NCBI GenBank assembly: GCA_951406725.2
Contig: OX597817.1
Coordinates: 159,402,001-159,466,000, forward strand
From: Octopus vulgaris
Lineage: Eukaryota
Length of the DNA: 64,000 bases
Direction: 5' to 3'
Position 1 is the first letter of the stretch; each line of letters starts with the position of its first letter. The notes beneath the pieces were generated by a model, which saw only the letters and a list, made by a program, of their open reading frames with translations, was not told the DNA's origin and ran no database searches. This document shows positions 25,835 to 37,186 of this stretch, piece after piece. The translations under genes and the position numbers were made by a program.

Positions 25835-26317
25835 CCTTAAAGACATACAGCATCTCGAAAGAGTCCAGAAGCTGGCTACCCGCATGGTTCATAGTCTCAA
25901 AAATTTGTCTTATGAAGAAAGGCCGAAGACGCTCGACCTTTATTCTTTAGAAAAATGACGACGCCGTGGTGATCTCATTCTCGCTCACAACATCATAAGC
26001 GGAAAGTGTAACCTCTCGAAAGAGCTGTTCTTCACTCCTGCTCCAGAGCGTCGGCTGCGGGGTCATTCCGAAAAGCTCTACCTGCGACGATTTCGTCTCA
26101 ATCGAAGGAGAGGAGCTTTCTCCGTCTGGGTTACAGATCCGTGGAACAAGCTGCCAGACGAGATGGTGAAGATGCCAACGACCGCTTTGTTCAAAGTCTC
26201 CCTTGACCTCAAGTGGCCTGAACTCTTTACATGAACACCACCCTGTACTTAACTCCATGTCCCCCTACATGGCCTTGCTATTTGCTTTTGAGCCAAATTA
26301 ACTAACTAACTAATTAA
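25835..26317 (+). mobile_element. CR1-type LINE 3' end with an in-frame stop
   Basis: reads DIQHLERVQKLATRMV...LSYEER...LEK*RRRGDLI...RLRGH...FSVWVTDPWNKLP; (AACT)n tail. Confidence 0.85.
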
Positions 26318-26445
26318 TTGGTTCCAGAGATGTCACAGTCTTTAGTTGCAACTATTTATTTGATAGGATCCACGATGGTTAACGTTACAAGCAAGTACAC
26401 TCAGCAGTGGTTTGTATTGTTTTCTCTCTTGTTTCTCTTATGTAG

Positions 26446-26567
26446 GTCTTACCGTTGTCGCAGTAGTGTCCCAACACCAGATAGTTTACGAGGCAGTTAT
26501 ATAGAAGACTACGTCCCAATGCATCCTGGTGACCAGTCCTCTACTCCTTCAACACCTGAACAATATG
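26446..26567 (+). CDS. IRS: IRS exon G (YVPM PI3K-type motif)
   Basis: long pyrimidine tract then tgtag|G; reads SYRCRSSVPTPDSLRGSYIEDYVPMHPG...; donor G|gtaagt; phases 2 to 1. Confidence 0.88.
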
Positions 26568-26773
26568 GTAAGTTCATGCTGCATCCTGGTCTCCGTCACT
26601 CTATCACTTTGTCATGCTGTCCCTCACTGAGTGTGCATGTGTTCATGCTTGTTCCTCCTCTCTCTCTCTCTCTCTCTCATTCTCTCTACCTTACTGTGTT
26701 TGTGCCCCACCTTCTCTCTCCAACATTAATTGTATTATCTAACAGTCGTAACTGATGTTTTTCAATTTTCTAG

Positions 26774-26920
26774 GTTCAGCTGGTTCTAACTGGGGAGAAA
26801 CAGGACAGTTTGAAAATTATATTAACTTCCAACCGAGTGCATCTACCACAGCCTCTGAGATGACAGATAGTTATGATGCATGTATGGACCTATCACCAGG
26901 CTCACAGAAAAGTGAACGAG
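26774..26920 (+). CDS. IRS: IRS exon H (YINF, Grb2-type YxN motif)
   Basis: ttttctag|GT TCA; reads SAGSNWGETGQFENYINFQPS...CMDLSPGSQKSER; donor G|gtaact; 147 nt, phases 1 to 1. Confidence 0.82.
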
Positions 26921-28577
26921 GTAACTAACATCTAATAACAAGTCTGCTTAACTTGACCCATGTTGACCGTCTTTTGAATTTCAACTATAAATGCACTGTG
27001 CTTACCTTAGCATTGAGTACACCCTTCTTTGTACAAATTATTAATACTAAAGTTATTGCCACTGATGTGTGTGTCTGTGTGTAAATATATACGTTATTAG
27101 AGGTAATGGTGTCATTGAGACCCAAAGGTGTCAGGTAATGCTGAATAAGTGCTATGGATAGACCATAGTTAAGTTCCAGGTTCGGTGATTATGTGAATAT
27201 GGGGTCCAACCTAGATCATATATCAGCGTATGTATATAAAAATTTTTTTTGTAATGAGATAAAAAAACCAAGTGTCTTACTCAAAAACAACACGCAGCTT
27301 GGTCCAGGAATCAAACTCACAACCTCATGATTGTAAGCTCGATGCTCTAACCACTGAGCCATGTACCTTTACACACATATAAACTTCATTGGGTTGGATG
27401 GATTAACCAGAGCTGGCAAGTTGGAAAGCTGCACCAGACTCCAGTCTGATTTGGCATGGTTTCTATGGCTGGATGCCCTTTCTAACGCCAACACACTTTA
27501 TAGTGTGTGCTGGGCGCTTTTACAAGGTGCCACACTGATGCTTTTATGAGGCACCATATGGGCGCTTTTACGTAGCACCACACATGCACTTTTAAATGAC
27601 ACTACCACAAGTGCTTTATCCTAGAGAGACTGGTCTTAACACTTCTGGTCACATTTATTTTAAATAATATATGTATAGGTGCAGAAATAGCTTTGATTTG
27701 AGTCCCGCTGTGTGGCTCTTGGGGAAAGCCTCTTCTATGGCCTCAGGCCAATCAAAGTCTTGAGAGTAGATTTGGTAGATGGAAACTAAAAGAAATCCAT
27801 CTTACATGCATATGTGTATGTGCATTTCTTTCTCCTTGCTTTGGCATCATGTAATAGTTGTAAACAAGTGGTTACCACCATACAAGTGTTGTCCTACAGT
27901 TTCCAGTCTTCCATGAAAACACGTCTGGTTATGAGGTCATGGATAAAGTATTACCTTGCTTGGGAACAGATGAGGGTATCTGGCTGTGGAAAATTCACCG
28001 CAACAAATTGTGGCTAACCCATGTGAACATGGAAAAGGAGACACTAAAAATGAATACGTGCATGAGTGTGTGTGTGATATATTGGAGTACCTGGACAAAA
28101 TTTCTAGTGATATTCAGTTATGTCCCTTTGTATTTTGAATTCAAGACCCTCCAAAGTTGACATTAATCCTTTCAGGGCGAATAAAATAGGTATCTGTGAA
28201 GTATTAGGCTTAGATCTAGTTGACTGTACTTTTCACTTGGAATATGGGATCCTGTGACAATTTCAGAAGTATATAAAAGACAGGCACGTGCACACACACA
28301 CATTTTTTTTTTCTTTTAGCCAAGAGGCAAGAAAGTGCTTTCAGGGATCCTGTGACTGATGGAAGGAATGGGGTAGGGGGAAGCCATTGTGGCCCCTGAA
28401 TAAACTTTTTACATCTCTGGCTTTGTACTCATATCAATTTCTTAGTTTTATTTTGAAGTATGTAGAGAAAGGGATGTTGTAGTGTCACATTTATTTTATT
28501 TGCTGTTCATCTCTTACTAAGGTTTTCTCTGGCACCCCATCAATACCATCTTATCTCTTTAAATTAAACTTTCATTA

Positions 28578-29100
28578 TAATAATAATAATAATGAAATTA
28601 TTGTATACAGTGCTCAGGTGCACCACAATTTGTCAGAAAGTGCATATAAAGTACATGCAGTAATGTAGAAATGTCTGGAAAGCGAACAATGAGTCAGATA
28701 CATGCTTGCATGTGTATGGAGGAGAGAAAATCAAGTGTAGTGTTGGCGAATCTCAGGAAGCATGGAAGTTTTGAAGGATGCAGTGCTCCGACAACAAGCA
28801 ACTGATGCCGGCAGTTTGTTCCATGCTTCAGCAACTCTCAGCATGAAAAAATGTTTCCTGAAGTCATGGGAGCTGTGCTGTTTTCTTACTTTGTAAATAT
28901 GTCCACGGGTGTTAGATGGGTGGAGTTTGAAAAGGTGCTCACAGTTATTGTTTGTACGATGGTTAATAATTTTATGGGTGTCTGCCAAGTCAGCTGCCAG
29001 ACGTCGGAGTTTCAATGTGTCCATGCCCAGGGAAGTAAGGCGTTCAGAATATGGCAAATGCCTGATGGAGGGTATTCTTTTGGTTGCACGTCACTTAACA
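28578..29100 (-). mobile_element. CR1/L2-group LINE 3' end
   Basis: ORF 28731..29057 reads YSERLTSLGMDTLKLRRLAADL...TRGH...FFMLRVAEAWNKLP; (ATT)n tail. Confidence 0.88.
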
Positions 29101-29249
29101 GCTTCCAGACGGAGACATCTTTTCTTGTCCTTGACATAAAGCTGTCTCTTCTCCCTCTCATAGCCCCTCCCTGCCCTCTCCACTAAGTCAAGAGAGCTTT
29201 TTCCTGTTTCTTATTCCTTTTGTCTTACTAGTGAGATTACTTGGTAATC

Positions 29250-29530
29250 TCATTTGTGCCACCAGCATCGCCTTACTGGCACCCACGCCAGTAGCATGTG
29301 TAACAGATTCGAGCGAGGTCATTGCCAGTACCGCCTGACTGGCCCCGTGCTGGTGGAATGTAAAAGCACCCACTACACTCTCGGAGGGGTTGGCGTTAGG
29401 AAGGGCATCCAGCTGTAGAAACTCTGCCAGATCAAGATTGAAGCCTGGTGCAGCCATCTGGTTCACCAGTCCTCAGTCAAATTGTCCAACCCATGCTAGC
29501 ATGGAAAGCAGACGTTGAACGATGATGATG
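29250..29530 (+). mobile_element. Repeat family G
   Basis: aaagcacccactacactctcgg...ggaagggcatccagctgtagaaactctgccagatc...(GAT)n. Confidence 0.75.
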
Positions 29531-29817
29531 AAAAAAAAAGTACCCTCTGCACATGCACACTGTAAATTGGTTGGCTTAGAGCTTCCAGCCATAGAAACCA
29601 TGCCAAAGCTGAAATGGAGCATAAAGCAGCCTTGCAGTTCACATGATTATGTCAAACCATCCAACCCATTCCAGCATAGAAAATGGGCGTTAAATAATAA
29701 TAATAATGATATATTCCAACTAAGTGAAGTGTGTTAGCATAAAAAAGAAACTAGCAATGAGCCTTCCTCTTGTACTACTAAACCATGCTGATGTGAGTTT
29801 TACTGGTTTTCTTTTAG

Positions 29818-30006
29818 ACTATGGCGGTGATGTAAGTTCTTATGTGATGATGGAGCCAGGTAAAGCGGTTTCTGTGCCACAGCCGACACCTCAACAGCAG
29901 CAACAACAGCAACTCTCCCCTCAGGCTAGTAGCCCAGTCAATGATGCTCCCTATGTTGATATGGGGCCTACAGGCACAAGTTTACCCACTGTTAAAGAAA
30001 GTGGAA
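29818..30006 (+). CDS. IRS: IRS exon I (YVMM, polyQ7, YVDM)
   Basis: ttttcttttag|AC TAT...GGA A|gtaagt; 189 nt, phases 1 to 1; two YxxM motifs. Confidence 0.9.
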
Positions 30007-30076
30007 GTAAGTGGTATTTTGTATTTTTTATGGAAGAAATTGTGTTTGTGGGCTTGCATGCGTGTTTATATGATGC

Positions 30077-30177
30077 GTGTGTGTGTGTTGTGGTGTGTGT
30101 GTGTGTGGTGTGTGTGTGTGTTGTGTGTGTGTGTGTGTGTTGTGGTGTGTGTGTGTTGTGGTGTGTGTGTGTGTTGT

Positions 30178-30252
<75 letters not shown>

Positions 30253-30356
30253 TGTGTGTGTTGTGTGTGTGTGTGTGTGTTGTGGTGTGTGTGTGTGTTG
30301 TGGTGTGTGTGTGTGTTGTGGTGTGTGTGTGTTGTGGTGTGTGTGTGTTGTGTTGT

Positions 30357-30400
<44 letters not shown>

Positions 30401-30600
30401 GTGGTGTTGTGTGTGTGTGTGTGTTGTGGTGTGTGTGTGTTGTTGTGTGTGTGTGTGTGTTGTGGTGTGTGTGTGTGTGTTGTGTGTGTTGTGGTGTGTG
30501 TGTGTTGGTGTGTGTGTGTGTTGGTGTGTGTGTGTGTGTGTTGTGGTGTGTGTGTTTATGTGATCTGTATGTGTTTATGTGTTGTGTGGTGTGTGTGTGT
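30077..30600. repeat. Imperfect (GT)n/ttgtgg microsatellite filling most of the 678-bp last coding intron of IRS
   Basis: seen directly in the sequence. Confidence 0.95.
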
Positions 30601-30684
30601 CAATAATTTTCATTAAACCTATTACTGTCCCTTCTACCATCAGAACAACTTTCATCACTGACTTTTCTCTCTTATTTTCTGCAG

Positions 30685-33386
30685 GCCCAGAAGAACATTA
30701 TCTCCAAATGACTCCACCTGGCCACAGTCCCAAAGGTAGCAGCAGCTTACGTCCTAATCGTGGTCACAGTTATCTGATATCTGATGAGACTATATCTGTT
30801 GAGAAGGATATACCAAAACGTTCTTATTCAGTTGGATGCAAACCTCAACCAAAGACGGTGTTGAAGCCACAAGGTTGTGATGCAAAACTAGCTATGTTAG
30901 GAATGATGGATAACAGTCGATGTTCCAGTGCCCCACACCTGATCTCACAGAAACAAAAGACCTCCAACACATCATCCAATCACTCACTTCCTTCCAACAG
31001 TCCACCTTGTGGCTCATACAAGTCGGAAGATTCTGATTTTTCCGAGTTGGAATTTGGTCGTCCTCGCACAGCTAGTGATAGCTATGGATGCAGGCCAAGA
31101 GCGTCCAGCTTGGGAAAATCTTTGACTCAGGGTCATCGTCCAAGATCGTCTAGTCACAGCTCAAGGTGCTTTAAACGGAGCTCTTTTGAATCGGTAAGGA
31201 CTACTTCAGAAGAACTTCTTCGCAAAATGTCCCAGGAATCTTTACAAAAGGATCCTTACTCGTTAGCTTTCTTACCTGGCCCTGATGGCACACATTGGAA
31301 ATACCACAGTAAAAAGAACAACGATGCCATTGAGATGGGGAAGAATAAAGGGGGAATGTCTAAATCTTTTCACGCACATCTTCCAGTAAATTCCATGTCA
31401 AATGCAGGTGGGGAAATGTCAAATTACCTGGAGATGACTGGTTTCTCATCCAGTCCAAAACATTCACCTGTGTGTGATGTAATTAATATGAAAACTAACT
31501 CACCCGTGATGTCAATGAGCCTGGGAGAATATTCCAGCTGTCAATGTTACCCATTTGATAAGTATTATGGACAAAGGAAACCTGATCACTCTCTTAAACC
31601 AGGACCTGTTCCTGACAAGGTAGTTTCTCATATAAAATCTAATTCTGATGATGAATCAGACTCAGGTAGTAATAGTTGGCACAAAGATGTCGATCGGTAT
31701 GTACCATGTACGCACTCAGGGTTTTCAGAAAGGCTAAGTCTACGTTCTAAAACTGAGCGGGTCCCATCTGATTTGGGTGTTAGACGCACAAAGAGTGTCT
31801 CTCATGATAACAGGTCTCAGGCAATGGCAACCCTTCGTAAGCAGGAAAGTGCTGGGGATCCTTATTTTAACATGGATATTCCCAAACCGATCAGGCCCCC
31901 ATATGATGAAAGTAACATTTCCTGCCCTACTTATGGGCTTCGAAACCATAAAGAAAAGCCTTCCGATGTAGAAGATGCCTATATTGAACTCTCTTACAAC
32001 GCAAGCAATGCCATGAAAAAATATGACAATGATACACTTTCTAAAAAAGTAAATGATAGCTGCACTTCTCGAAAAGAGAAATTTGACAGTGACATTATAT
32101 TGGGAAAGTCTGATGCCAAAAGGCCTCAGAGTATGTTCAGTTCTAATTTTGATCCATTTTTCTCAAATTCTTTTCCTTTCAACTGTGAAAAAGCAAAAGC
32201 TGCTGAAATTGAGCCTTACGTTGTGTTTGACCCCAGACAGCATTACAGACACGAGCCCTCATCTGCTCCATGTACTGTTCCTTCGGGCATTGAATATATA
32301 CAAAGTCTTTCCACTTCTTGCAACGATAACCTTCAAAGTACAAAAAGATGTAATCGTGATACTATGAAAGTGATTCACAAACGACATTCATCAATGCCTG
32401 TGAAAACTGACCTTTACTCCCCACCTGCTGCATCTAGTTTTTCCCAGTATACAGCACCTTCCATAGACTCTTGTAAGACAACTTCCACTTCATTGCATGC
32501 AAAATCTGCCTCAACATCAACCTCGCCTGTCAGTTGTCCAACTGAAACTGAAAATGCAGAGTATTTTAATTTGTCATTCAGTCAAGCACCAGGTAGAAAT
32601 GAGAAACCTTTGAACCCAATGTCATGGTCAAACTGCCAAGAAGAGCAGATATATAAGAAACCGTTGAGGCAGAGTAGTTGGCTGGTAGATACAGATGAGA
32701 TTTCTGCCAGTGAAAAGGAATCGACAAGATTGGAGAATTCCAATCAAGTTCTTTCTCAAGAAAAACTCTTTGAGGTTCCCAAAATTGTTAGTGAAACTGG
32801 TTCAGATGAAAGCCGACAGGAAGATAGAAATGTTGATCAGTGCTCCGAAATGATGTCTAACATGAAAATATTAGACCAGTCTAACCACACGGCAGAGAAT
32901 TCAGAAAGTTTTGTTAACGTTGAGCGAAGGCCTTCAAAGAAAAGTGATGGGGAATGTTTCAGATCCTCCAAAAGTGACAGCCACTCCTCTGAACAGTCTT
33001 TCATGACAAAAAACAACAGTTGTTCAAGTATTGCTTCTGACTCGGCACAACCGAAAAAGTCTGAGAGTTTGGGACTGCAGGGCCGTCACAGCTATACAGA
33101 AGTTTGTTTGATTCCACCCATAGCAGGCAACCCTCTGTCTTCTTTAAAACATAGCTCAAGCTGTGAGACGGAACTGAACTATGCTTCTCTTGAACTGAGC
33201 TCAACAGAAACACTAACAGAATGTTCAGACCTTCACCAGAAGTCTCCAAATTCCATTAAAAGTCGCCATTCTTCTGGTGCTGAAGAAAAAAGTGTTTCAC
33301 CTCTGACCTATGTGGAGATAGATTTCCCCAAAACTGAATCGCTTCAAAGACAAAATTCTAATCAAGAGGTGAAGTTTACTCTTTAA
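30685..33386 (+). CDS. IRS: IRS terminal coding exon J (about 900 codons)
   Basis: ttattttctgcag|GC CCA; lies in ORF 30579..33386; contains YLQM, YLEM, YFNM, YFNL, RPRTAS/RPRASS/RPRSSS and C-terminal LNYASL and LTYVEI (IRS1 has LNYIDL and YASI); stop TAA. Confidence 0.93.
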
Positions 33387-34642
33387 CATTGTCTAACATC
33401 TGATAGTTCGCTCACGTAGCAGCAATACACAGAACACAGCTGGTGTTTGATCATGATTTCACAGTGGGATGTTGGTAACGTGATTGATTATTGCATTTAC
33501 CAATCTGCCTTGATTGCTATATGCTTCCTATGGTAAGCGCTCAAGACTCTGGACATCTGACTGACCAGTTCTTTAAGGTTTATAAATAACTTGTAGCTAT
33601 TCTTTTGAGAAATTGTTACAGTGTTTCTCATGGACAGCTTTATTATGTTGTTTTTATTTGACTTTTAATTTTTTTTTTTAGAAAAACAAATCCTTAACAC
33701 AAACAGGTCCCACTTTTATTGTCATCTCCCTCCCTCTTCTTTCCAATTCTATTTTTATCAATTTGAATTTTTTTAGCTTAAATTTCAGTTTTCCTTTTTT
33801 TTTTTTGTTTTCTGTTTCCTCCATATTCCAAGTGTCTCTGTCTATCTCTGTGCCCCTGTGCAAGTTTTTCTCTCCCATCTCTGGAACTAAAACGGAATAA
33901 TTTGTTTTAGGTTGTTTTTTTTTTTCTTTTACAAATATTCCATATAAAATAAATTTTTGATATTACCAATTTCAAGGTAAGAAGACAAGGGAACAGAAAC
34001 TTTTGCCTACCCAATCTGTTAGATTAGGGTTCTCTGACGCCCACACAAAACAGCAATGATCCTCCTCACACATGTGCCCTCTTTTAATTAATCATTTTCC
34101 TCTACATATCTGCAACAGGTATTAATGCCAATACCTTCCTCCCATCACTGACTTTCGCTTGTACAATAATTGTTGGTGAATTAAGCCTTTTGTAAAATAC
34201 ACTGTCCATGTATTTTAGTTAATTTTAAAAATAATAATTTGGAACATTTAGTAAAATAACCAACTTTTCTCTGTGGACTTCAGCTTATATGATTCTTACA
34301 TACAATTATGATAGGTTTAAATTTAAGCAAAGACATTAAAACCGGCAGTTTTTGTATCATAAAACTAGGGGAAATCTCAGGCAGGTTGGTATCAGAAGGG
34401 TTGAAAGTTGTATAAATAATGATTTTAAACCAGGCAGTTTTCTTTTGTCATGATGTCTTGTTTGCATTGGGTTGTCATGATGTGAGATTAATATAGATTG
34501 AGTTGGGTTGCAGGTGTTGTTATCAGGAAATAAGTTGTGAGCCTTTTTGTAATAAATTTATTTAAAGATAGGCTGTGCACACACACGCATACACATTCTT
34601 TTATTCATTTCAGCCATGCAGCTGTAGTCATGTGTGTGTGTT

Positions 34643-34687
<45 letters not shown>

Positions 34688-34783
34688 CAATTAATTGGTA
34701 TATATAAATATTTTAATCTTCGGATTCTTTTTTAATATGCTAGACCACTGGTTTTAATTGATAAATATCAATTTATACCCTTA

Positions 34784-34814
<31 letters not shown>

Positions 34815-35671
34815 TCATACATATATAGTATACATAGATTTTTAGACAGTCACTGGTAGGGATTGATTTTTAGACAGTCACAGGATAGGGATTGACTTTT
34901 CATGGTATCTAAATTCTACTGTCATTAGTGGTTTACTTAAGAGACCGGAATGAATTGGTCTTCCATGAATATTGAGATGTGAATTTTTCTAGATTTCCCC
35001 TATGCTCTGCCCTTGATGTATGTGGCAAGAGGTGAGGAAATGGAGTTTGTGGTACTTACATAAAGATGAAGACAAATGACTTTTCGTAACATGGTCGCAC
35101 AGGCACCAAGAATCACGTTTTGCTCTCAAGAGAATTTCTCAACTTCTGTGATTTGTTCCAGCTTGCTTGGCAAGAGGTGAGATCTGTGTTCTTCAGTTGC
35201 CCTTGACACTCTGCACTTGATCTTTAAGGGCTTTGCTTATCACTTGAGAAAAGTGCACAAATCTCAAGGACATTCACATTTGTTCCAATTTTGTAGTGTG
35301 ATCTCCTGCAAAAGCAACCAACTCTTTTAACTTTTGACCAAGAAGTTTCCAACGACTTTTGTCTGGAATATTACCTAATGAAACCCTGTGTAAAAGAGCC
35401 TTTGCCTCTTGTCTTAGTATTACTTTCATTGACTTTCACTTTCTCCAGATCTCATTTACATCCAATTCTAGATCTCCAGATTAAGGTTTACCTGCATCTA
35501 AAATGTCTGTATCAGCAGTCATTTCAAGTCCTTGAGTCAGTTCTGTAAATTCCTTTTCTATTTCATTATTGGAGAAACATGTGGTTACACCTTTCACAGA
35601 ATCAGTTGTTATTAGTAGATGAATTGTTATAACCACTATTTCATAACCTTCTCCATCTAATTAGATTGCAT

Positions 35672-35890
35672 TTAACCCTTTAGTGTTCAGATTACTCTGT
35701 TAAATGTAATACTTTTTCACTCAAATTGTTTTGAATTAATCATGCATTATGTTATAGCTTTGAGGTTTCAATGATGTGATTGTTTATTTTCAGAATTACA
35801 TCGTAGGTTAGGAGTAAGAAGCTAGATATTGCCAGTTTGAATATAAAACATGTAGAATATATTGGGCCGGTTTAAACACTAAAGGGTTAA
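35672..35890. mobile_element. MITE family D
   Basis: TIRs ttaaccctttagtgtt and aacactaaagggttaa. Confidence 0.85.
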
Positions 35891-36066
35891 GGCTCTTCTC
35901 TCCCCTTGTAAGGACATCTGCATTGTAAAATAATTATTTTCTGTGATGGAAAATGGTGAACATGACTCTATTTCCATTGATTGAAATTATGGTAAGTAAT
36001 AGTCAAATATATCAATTTCCTCATCAGAACTAAAGATTGTTCTTACTCCTAGTACGATGTTCTAGT

Positions 36067-36457
36067 GGAGGCGCAATGGCCCAGTGGTTAGGGCAGCGGA
36101 CTCGCGGTCATAGGATCGCGGTTTTGATTCCCGGATTGGGCATTGTGAGTGTTTATTGAGCGAAAACACCTAAAAGCTCCACGAGGCTCCGGCAGGGGAT
36201 GGTGGTGATCCCTGCTGTACTCTTTCACCACAACTTTCTCTCACTCTTACTTCCTGTTTCTGTTGTACCTGTATTTCAAAGGGCCGGCCTTGTTACTCTC
36301 TGTGTCATGCTGAATATCCCCGAGAACTACGTTAAGGGTGCATGTGTCTGTGGAGTGCTCAGCCACTTACACGTTAATTTCACGAGCAGGCTGTTCCGTT
36401 GATTCGGATCAACCGGAACCCTCATCGTCGTAACCGACGGAGTGCTTCCATCCATCC
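36067..36457 (+). mobile_element. SINE family B (head B, tail 1), full length
   Basis: A-box-like tggcccagtgg and B-box-like ggttttgattccc; 13-bp TSD agtacgatgttct at 36051-36063 and 36458-36470. Confidence 0.9.
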
Positions 36458-37052
36458 AGTACGATGTTCTTATGAAAAAAAGTATCTCTTCATCGTCTTG
36501 GGACTGTAACCTTTGACCTTTGAAGCTAATCTCAGTATTCCTAATGTAACAAAGTCTTTGTATCCTATTGACAAGTAGCCAGGTCTGACTCCAGCTAGCA
36601 GATCATCTTGAATTTTTCTTACAAACATGTGTATTCCTGTGATGAGTCTTTTGAAGTTAGGATTTCTTGAATATCATTTACCTACCACTGCTACAGCCAA
36701 AAAAAAAAAAGCTTGAAATACCTATGTTTCCAAGAGAAAATCCAATCAAATGGACAGCTTCCTCTATAGCCTCCTGAATTTCCATGGAGATTTTTAGCAG
36801 CATGGGCTTTCTCCAGTCTGTACAGAGGAATAATCCATGAAATTATTGATCCATCAGTGAAGTGCTATCCTTTTCTAGTTGGGGTCACCAGTATGTTGTG
36901 GTAAGATAGCTTGTTTGTATGGGCCACCTTTGTCTCATGAATAGTTGCCTGGTTGTGGTGAGATTATTACGGTTTGGGCTGTTGTTAACAAGAACAAAAC
37001 TTGCAAACATTTTGTAATATATTTATTTAAAGAAAGGCTGTGTGTATGTCTG

Positions 37053-37108
<56 letters not shown>

Positions 37109-37152
37109 ATGTATGTATGTATGTGTGTGTATGGATGTTTGTATGCACAAAT

Positions 37153-37186
<34 letters not shown>

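Noticed and set aside
29941-30616. Cys/Val-rich ORFs and apparent read-through of exon I
   Set aside because: Intronic (GT)n. Although the intron length is a multiple of 3, there is an in-frame stop at 30561-30563.
36067-36140. tRNA-like sequence with A and B boxes (also at 46969, 1800 and 45030)
   Set aside because: These are heads of multicopy SINEs, two with clear TSDs; no convincing acceptor stem, so not called tRNA genes.
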